A stretch of DNA of 32,457 bases. Source: a virus. Taxonomy: Duplodnaviria; Caudoviricetes. The stretch is from IMG/VR virus record IMGVR_UViG_3300044674_002756, positions 1-32,457 of that record, one strand, 5' to 3'. The position numbers were made by a program, and so were the translations under genes. The stretch's first letter is position 1, and the number at the start of each line of letters is the position of its first letter. Positions 27,592-32,457 of the stretch are shown here, one piece after another. The notes beneath the pieces were generated by a model that was not told the origin of the DNA, made no database searches, and saw nothing but the letters and a program-made list of their open reading frames with translations.

Positions 27592-27724
27592 GTGTAACTT
27601 GTGCAAGATGATATTTACAGATAACGAATACGACCTTAGAATAAGAATGGACGTACATGAGTTATGGCATAAGAACTTGTCTCATCAGAACAGAATTACG
27701 GGGGTAGTAAAATGGGAAAACTAA
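27584..27724 (+). CDS. C2H2 zinc-finger micro-protein (46 aa), absent from track
   Basis: MVKCNLC...HELWH; overlaps both neighbours. Confidence 0.6.
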   Translation: MVKCNLCKMIFTDNEYDLRIRMDVHELWHKNLSHQNRITGVVKWEN

Positions 27725-28035
27725 GCGACCTTTGGGGAGAACTAAAGACAGTAAAGTCCGAGTCAGAAAAGACCGAGATCAAGAAGAAGATAAACGACAT
27801 AGAGGCATGGTGTATCGAGAAAGGCTTTGGCGGTATCAAGGAACAGACTGACTGGACTAAAAAAACATTCAAGAAGAAAAAGAACTCATACGGCTCAGAT
27901 TCAAGTTTTACAGAAGCCGCAGGGTTTGTAACAGTAGGCAATCTGATCTTGCCCAAACATCAGTTCTGTCCAAAGTGCAAACTGTACAAAGACAATGGTT
28001 TAATATGGTCAAGCGAGGGTATAATTCATGACTGA
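27712..28035 (+). CDS. Hypothetical protein with C-terminal CxxC
   Basis: ORF track; tightly packed operon. Confidence 0.6.
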   Translation: MGKLSDLWGELKTVKSESEKTEIKKKINDIEAWCIEKGFGGIKEQTDWTKKTFKKKKNSYGSDSSFTEAAGFVTVGNLILPKHQFCPKCKLYKDNGLIWSSEGIIHD

Positions 28036-28204
28036 GGACATTGTTATAAACGTACCTAAGGACTGGGACGATAAAAAGAAACAGGATCTCGTAGATCAGT
28101 TGCAAGGTCTTAAATTTTCAGGCGAATACAGAATACTTATAACTAACAAGATGGACGTAAAGTTTGTAGACTTTGAGACTATGGAGAAGATGAGAGATGG
28201 ATAA
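28028..28204 (+). CDS. Hypothetical protein (58 aa, MTEDIVINVPKDW...), absent from track
   Basis: Manual translation; 8-nt overlaps with both neighbours. Confidence 0.6.
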   Translation: MTEDIVINVPKDWDDKKKQDLVDQLQGLKFSGEYRILITNKMDVKFVDFETMEKMRDG

Positions 28205-28376
28205 CAGAATGTTTTACCTTGAGGCTGATACTATTACACAACATCAGTTTGAACTGATACACAGGTATATCCGCAAGACCTTGGAGAAGAAGAACGAACA
28301 CTTGGTAATCAGGTCAATACCTTTGAATAACTTTGCAATATTAGAAACACTTATAAAGAGTCTGGGTGTACACTAA
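28197..28376 (+). CDS. Hypothetical protein (59 aa, MDNRMFYLEAD...), absent from track
   Basis: Manual translation; ends 2 nt before the next ATG. Confidence 0.6.
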   Translation: MDNRMFYLEADTITQHQFELIHRYIRKTLEKKNEHLVIRSIPLNNFAILETLIKSLGVH

Positions 28377-28378
28377 GT

Positions 28379-29188
28379 ATGTTCAGCAAACCAATAGTTA
28401 TAGAACTTGACAAGATCGATACAATAGTACATTGGGAAGTCATATCTGACTTTCACATGGGCAACGAGAACTGGCAAGAAGACATAGCAGTAAAATCATT
28501 GAACAGAATCCTTGACGATCCGTACAGATTCACGTCTTTCGGCGGAGATCAGTTGGATTTGATTCTGCCAAAAGATCCGAGATTCAAGGACGAGTCAGTA
28601 CGCATGACTACAAAGGCAGAACAGATGAACGCATTTGACGAGTTCTTTGACGAACTTTTCGAAGTACAACAGGACTATAAGAAATGCGGAATGGAAAAGA
28701 TTTGGTACGAACAATGGGGAAACCACGAATACAACTCTCGAGTAATGGAAGAGGGGGAAATGAAACGTTGGTGTAAGAACGACCACGGAACTACTTTCCT
28801 CGGCTCAAAAGGATTCGTAGGACTGGACATTCAGTTCAAAGGCAAGTCCTTGATGAAGAAGACATTGTTTGTAAACCACGGTGCAGGCGGCGGGGACGCC
28901 AAAAAGGCATTGGAAAATCTTACTGTCAATGTTGAGGCTGACGTGTATCAGATGGGACACCTACATCAACCTATGGGATTCGAATCCGAGACTTTGTTTT
29001 GGAATCAAAAGAAACTCAAATGGGACTCTAAGGAACAAATCCTTATTAATTCAGGGTGTTTTACAACGGGAATTAGAGACGGTGTAGACCAATGGTTTGA
29101 TCAGCGCAACAAGTTGAAGAACTCAAAGCCGGGAACTTGGACTGTATCGTTTGACGCATACAACAATAAACTCAACCAACACGGATAG
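28379..29188 (+). CDS. Calcineurin-like metallophosphoesterase
   Basis: SDFHMG, GGD..D, GNHE, NHG, GHLH: all five motifs. Confidence 0.88.
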   Translation: MFSKPIVIELDKIDTIVHWEVISDFHMGNENWQEDIAVKSLNRILDDPYRFTSFGGDQLDLILPKDPRFKDESVRMTTKAEQMNAFDEFFDELFEVQQDYKKCGMEKIWYEQWGNHEYNSRVMEEGEMKRWCKNDHGTTFLGSKGFVGLDIQFKGKSLMKKTLFVNHGAGGGDAKKALENLTVNVEADVYQMGHLHQPMGFESETLFWNQKKLKWDSKEQILINSGCFTTGIRDGVDQWFDQRNKLKNSKPGTWTVSFDAYNNKLNQHG

Positions 29189-29232
29189 GTTATATCAATA
29201 CATTTATATAACCCATCTACCTTTTATATTAT

Positions 29233-29430
29233 ATGAGTCAATCTCAAAGCAGTAGTAGATTACTCTACCTATTACCTATATTCTTAGGTTTTATTGGTGG
29301 AATAATTCATTACGTGATCGCCAAAAATGACGATCCAGAACAAGCAAGAAGAGGTTTAATCGTGGGTGTATTGATTACAATTCTACCATTATTAGCATTC
29401 TTGTTACCGCTTATGTACTTAGGTGCATAA
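29233..29430 (+). CDS. Small membrane protein resembling thaumarchaeal hypotheticals
   Basis: YLLPIFLGFIGGII.Y....DDP..A pattern, 2 TM; own TATA promoter. Confidence 0.7.
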   Translation: MSQSQSSSRLLYLLPIFLGFIGGIIHYVIAKNDDPEQARRGLIVGVLITILPLLAFLLPLMYLGA

Positions 29431-29470
29431 CACAATAAGGTTTATAACCTTCTACACCCTTTTTTATTAT

Positions 29471-29710
29471 ATGAACGAGACTAAGAAAGACAAATTCATT
29501 ATTACACGTAACATTATGAAACTGGAGAAAGATATAAAAAAGACTCAGAAACAATTACGCAGATTACAGCCAAAAGTTGAAAAAGCTGCAAGGAATTATA
29601 ACAGAGTTTCCAAAGAATTAGAGAAAGGAAACGAAATTGTGAAAGCCATGGCTCGTAAAAGAGACGAGTTGGTGCAGAACTTCTTAGAAATAAAAAAGGA
29701 CAATGATTGA
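29471..29710 (+). CDS. Basic coiled-coil protein (79 aa)
   Basis: Start revised to ATG 29471 (TTTATAAC at 29441). Confidence 0.65.
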   Translation: MNETKKDKFIITRNIMKLEKDIKKTQKQLRRLQPKVEKAARNYNRVSKELEKGNEIVKAMARKRDELVQNFLEIKKDND

Positions 29711-29993
29711 TATGACCAAGTCATTCCATCAATGCGAAGATTGCAGAATCAAGGACGAGCCTTATACGGTCTTATTCCGTATGACTAACCCGTCTGACGA
29801 CTCCAAGGGAGACACATATTCTGACGTACCTCATGCTTGGGTTAATGTCTCAGCACATGAAACTGAGGCAGATCTTATAGATACCATAGTCCATGAGTCT
29901 ATTCATGTAGCACTTAAACGTGAGGATATGAACATAGACTCAGAACATAGACTTATGAAAGTTATGTCTTGGGCAGGCGAAGATTGGCTGTAA
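29703..29993 (+). CDS. Minimal zincin-like (HExxH) protein
   Basis: IDTIVHESIHVAL plus downstream EH; N-terminal CEDC. Confidence 0.65.
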   Translation: MIDMTKSFHQCEDCRIKDEPYTVLFRMTNPSDDSKGDTYSDVPHAWVNVSAHETEADLIDTIVHESIHVALKREDMNIDSEHRLMKVMSWAGEDWL

Positions 29994-30385
29994 GGTCTTA
30001 CAACGCCGGCAGAGACTTTGAATATAAAGTCCGTGATTTTTTAAAACAACGAGATTGGATTGTAAAACGTGCCTATGCTTCCAAGGGAATCTTTGATTTG
30101 TTGGCATGGAAAGACGGTGTAAGGTGGGGTATTCAGGCTAAATCTCTCAAGTCTAACAAGAACAGAAAATATCTTGTACCTAAAGAGAACAAGGAGTTAT
30201 GTGAATATGCTCAAAGTCCGACAGAAGAGTATGAATTTGTATGTTGGAATCCAAAGTATCGCGCACCTGTAATGCAAGTGCTTAAAGAAGACTTTGTAGT
30301 AATTCATGCATACAACAAGTTTCCGGGAATCGGGTGGCGCAGATGTAACTCCAAGGGAGAATGGGAAGAGTTTCAAATTGAATAG
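29969..30385 (+). CDS. hjc: Archaeal-type Holliday junction resolvase
   Basis: GRDFEYKVRDFL...RAYASKGIFDLLA...IQAK; start possibly TTG 29984. Confidence 0.8.
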   Translation: MGRRRLAVRSYNAGRDFEYKVRDFLKQRDWIVKRAYASKGIFDLLAWKDGVRWGIQAKSLKSNKNRKYLVPKENKELCEYAQSPTEEYEFVCWNPKYRAPVMQVLKEDFVVIHAYNKFPGIGWRRCNSKGEWEEFQIE

Positions 30386-30416
30386 ATTTATATAAGGGTG
30401 CTACACTATACTATAC

Positions 30417-30809
30417 ATGGCAAGATTTCCTAAAAAAGAAGACGGAAAAGAATTCACACATGAAGACGGATCCGTTCTTACTTGCAAACCAACTGGCAAA
30501 TCATGGCAGGGTGTCCCTACATTGGCATGGTATCATGCAAATGGGGAACAGGCAAATCGTTCTATCAATGGAAAAGTTACATATATTCCAATGGTAGGCA
30601 AGGCAGAGGAAGTAGGAATTCCGACCTCAAAAGTAGACGCAAAATTCTACAAACAATTCGAGTCAGAAATCCTACAAGAGAACGCCTTGTATCTAATGGC
30701 AAGAGAAATTGCTGTCAAACGATACCCTGAAATGAATCAACAGATGGACGTCTTTGGTATGATAGTCAATTCTATCGTAGAAAGACTCATCAGATTGTCA
30801 AAACAATAA
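30417..30809 (+). CDS. Hypothetical protein
   Basis: ORF with TTTATATA 30 nt upstream. Confidence 0.65.
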   Translation: MARFPKKEDGKEFTHEDGSVLTCKPTGKSWQGVPTLAWYHANGEQANRSINGKVTYIPMVGKAEEVGIPTSKVDAKFYKQFESEILQENALYLMAREIAVKRYPEMNQQMDVFGMIVNSIVERLIRLSKQ

Positions 30810-30844
30810 GGTTTAAATACCTTAACCACATCTTTTTATTTATT

Positions 30845-31924
30845 ATGTCTAACTATGTCCAAGATACCGAACGTATTATTGGAGAAATTAAAGAGATAGA
30901 CGCCAAAGTAAACAAAGTAAAACTTAAGGACTTAGTTTTGGAACTCGCAGATCACATTGCCAAGGGCATTGACGAGCAAAGACCTGAGGTAATAGCCAAG
31001 TTTAAGACGATTCTGGCAGAAAATACCCAACGTCCTAGGGGTCAGGACGGCATAGACAAGAAACTTATATCATTATTAATTCAAAAAATAGCAGCCAAAA
31101 ACTTTACTACAATATCCAAGGTATGGATTATTAACTGCTTGCCTGACGAGTACAAAGAGGCACATACAAACTATCCAAAGAAAGAAACCATGATTTCAGC
31201 AGATGAAATATCCGACGCTAACCTGTTAAATATTACACAAGACCTTAAAAAACGAATGAGAGACATGGAGAACACGGGTCCCGCTAAGGAGATAAAAGTA
31301 AAGAACGAACTGGAAGCCGTTAGAAATCATAACTGGACTTGTGATATGTCAGATGAATTGGTCAAACTGGCTATCAAGTTAGAGAACGAACACTCACATG
31401 AACATAAGGAAGACTTTTGTACAAAGTCAGCAAAGGCAATTCGCATGGCTCGCGACAAAAGATTCGCAACGACTTATTCCAGATATCAGGCTATCGTAGT
31501 TTCCGCTGAATTTACTAGATCCTTGGCAAGTCTAGCAGGCGACGAGGTAGAAGTCCTTAGCAGATGGGAAGTCTATGACAACGAGAAACAATGCAGAGAG
31601 TGTATTGATCAAATTCATTGTCGTGCAGAGAAATGCAACCATGGCTGTCATGACTTTAAGAAAGAAATGACCACAAAAGGCATAAAATGGGCTATGAGAG
31701 AGACACAAGAGCTTAACGAACTGGAAAAGCATATGAGAGCATTAAACAATGATTCTGACGATATGTGTGATATGATCAAAATTGTGATGATGAATCCCAA
31801 GCTAAAAATGACTCAGGGAGACAAGAAAAATATTATGGCTAAACATATCAAGGTAGATCATTGCGATCAATGTACATACTTTACGTCAGAACACCCTAAC
31901 TTCTTCAAAGAACATCTCAAGTAG
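30845..31924 (+). CDS. Hypothetical helical protein with Cys/His clusters (candidate DNA-binding regulator/initiator)
   Basis: HTH-like ISKVWIINCLPDEYK; CREC..HC...CNH.CH and HCDQC clusters; own promoter. Function is speculative. Confidence 0.6.
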   Translation: MSNYVQDTERIIGEIKEIDAKVNKVKLKDLVLELADHIAKGIDEQRPEVIAKFKTILAENTQRPRGQDGIDKKLISLLIQKIAAKNFTTISKVWIINCLPDEYKEAHTNYPKKETMISADEISDANLLNITQDLKKRMRDMENTGPAKEIKVKNELEAVRNHNWTCDMSDELVKLAIKLENEHSHEHKEDFCTKSAKAIRMARDKRFATTYSRYQAIVVSAEFTRSLASLAGDEVEVLSRWEVYDNEKQCRECIDQIHCRAEKCNHGCHDFKKEMTTKGIKWAMRETQELNELEKHMRALNNDSDDMCDMIKIVMMNPKLKMTQGDKKNIMAKHIKVDHCDQCTYFTSEHPNFFKEHLK

Positions 31925-31968
31925 GACCCAACGATACATTTATATAAGGGATATACATATATAGTATA

Positions 31969-32066
31969 GGTTTAAAGTTGCACCTGACAGTATTGACTGT
32001 GCATAACTAGATAAGCAACTCGTCTCTCGGCGTAACAGCGCACGTTAGCCGACTAGATGTTATTTT
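31969..32066 (+). ncRNA. Candidate ~100-nt structured small RNA
   Basis: TTTATATA at 31939 with no ATG at the usual +30 position; two stem-loop domains followed by a T-rich tract. Confidence 0.45.
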
Positions 32067-32114
32067 ATATTATTAAATAGATAGATTTATATTTAGTATT
32101 AAACAATATAGTTT

Positions 32115-32441
32115 ATGAGAGTTTGGGATAAAATTAAACCGTACAGATTGTGTAGAAAACATTTATTGGCAGAACATAGAGAAACATTATGTATTTGGTC
32201 AGTTATTACAAATAATAAAAAAGGTTATTCTAAACACCCTGAAACTGTCAGATTCAGAGATAATCTTAATGCTTTGGTATATCGACACTCTAAATTAGTA
32301 TTTGAAGCAACAAGACGTGGCTATCATTTTAAAGATTTGCCTAATTCAGATGATATTCCTATGTTAAATAAAATGCCTGAATCATGGGACGATCAAGAAA
32401 AATCATTATCTGCTAAAGATTGTGATTGTTTAAAAAACTAA
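32115..32441 (+). CDS. Pyrimidine-dimer DNA glycosylase / endonuclease V family
   Basis: MRVW...LCRKHLLAEHRE...GYSKHPET.RF...RH..LV.E..RRGY signature. Confidence 0.85.
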   Translation: MRVWDKIKPYRLCRKHLLAEHRETLCIWSVITNNKKGYSKHPETVRFRDNLNALVYRHSKLVFEATRRGYHFKDLPNSDDIPMLNKMPESWDDQEKSLSAKDCDCLKN

Positions 32442-32457
32442 GGGGGGGGTGGTACAG

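Noticed and set aside
29679-29714. ACTTCT 33 nt before ATG 29712 as a late promoter
   Set aside because: Lacks the 5' pyrimidine, lies in an early-type operon and inside a CDS; plausibly chance.
1145-31732. Numerous antisense or nested track ORFs (e.g. 1145-1516, 3258-3746, 17756-18298, 26278-26613, 30482-30730)
   Set aside because: Shadows of well-supported genes, with no motifs or promoters.
1-32457. tRNA genes, integrase/att sites, amoC, DGR, terminal direct repeats
   Set aside because: None recognised by eye; tRNAscan-SE and HMM searches would be needed to exclude them formally.

Overview
The window looks like a complete or nearly complete ~32.5 kb genome of a tailed dsDNA archaeal virus (Caudoviricetes, siphovirus-type non-contractile tail). 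The host is most likely an ammonia-oxidising archaeon (Nitrosopumilaceae/Nitrososphaeria); this is inferred. Support comes from an archaeal MCM helicase, an Hjc-type resolvase, TATA boxes about 30 nt upstream of leaderless ATGs, and two small proteins resembling thaumarchaeal hypotheticals. Modules in order: small Zn-finger genes, SSB-like, Cas4-like nuclease, GGCT and glycosyltransferase; terminase; a reverse-strand 3-gene insert; portal; protease-scaffold-major capsid fusion; membrane proteins and GT-A glycosyltransferases; head-tail and tail genes; then a replication/early block (MCM, metallophosphoesterase, Hjc, pyrimidine-dimer glycosylase). I saw no DNA polymerase, integrase, tRNA, CRISPR array or amoC. 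The most interesting signals are cis-acting. (1) Two 137-bp elements bounded by inverted repeats, one directly upstream of mcm, are candidate origins. (2) A YACTTCY motif sits about 33 nt upstream of structural genes, including an internal copy that could express scaffold-MCP without the protease. (3) A -1 frameshift in the tail chaperone gene is missed by the ORF track. (4) A promoter drives a structured non-coding stretch near the right end. (5) Several restriction-like words appear to be avoided. All family calls are from motif recognition, without database searches.
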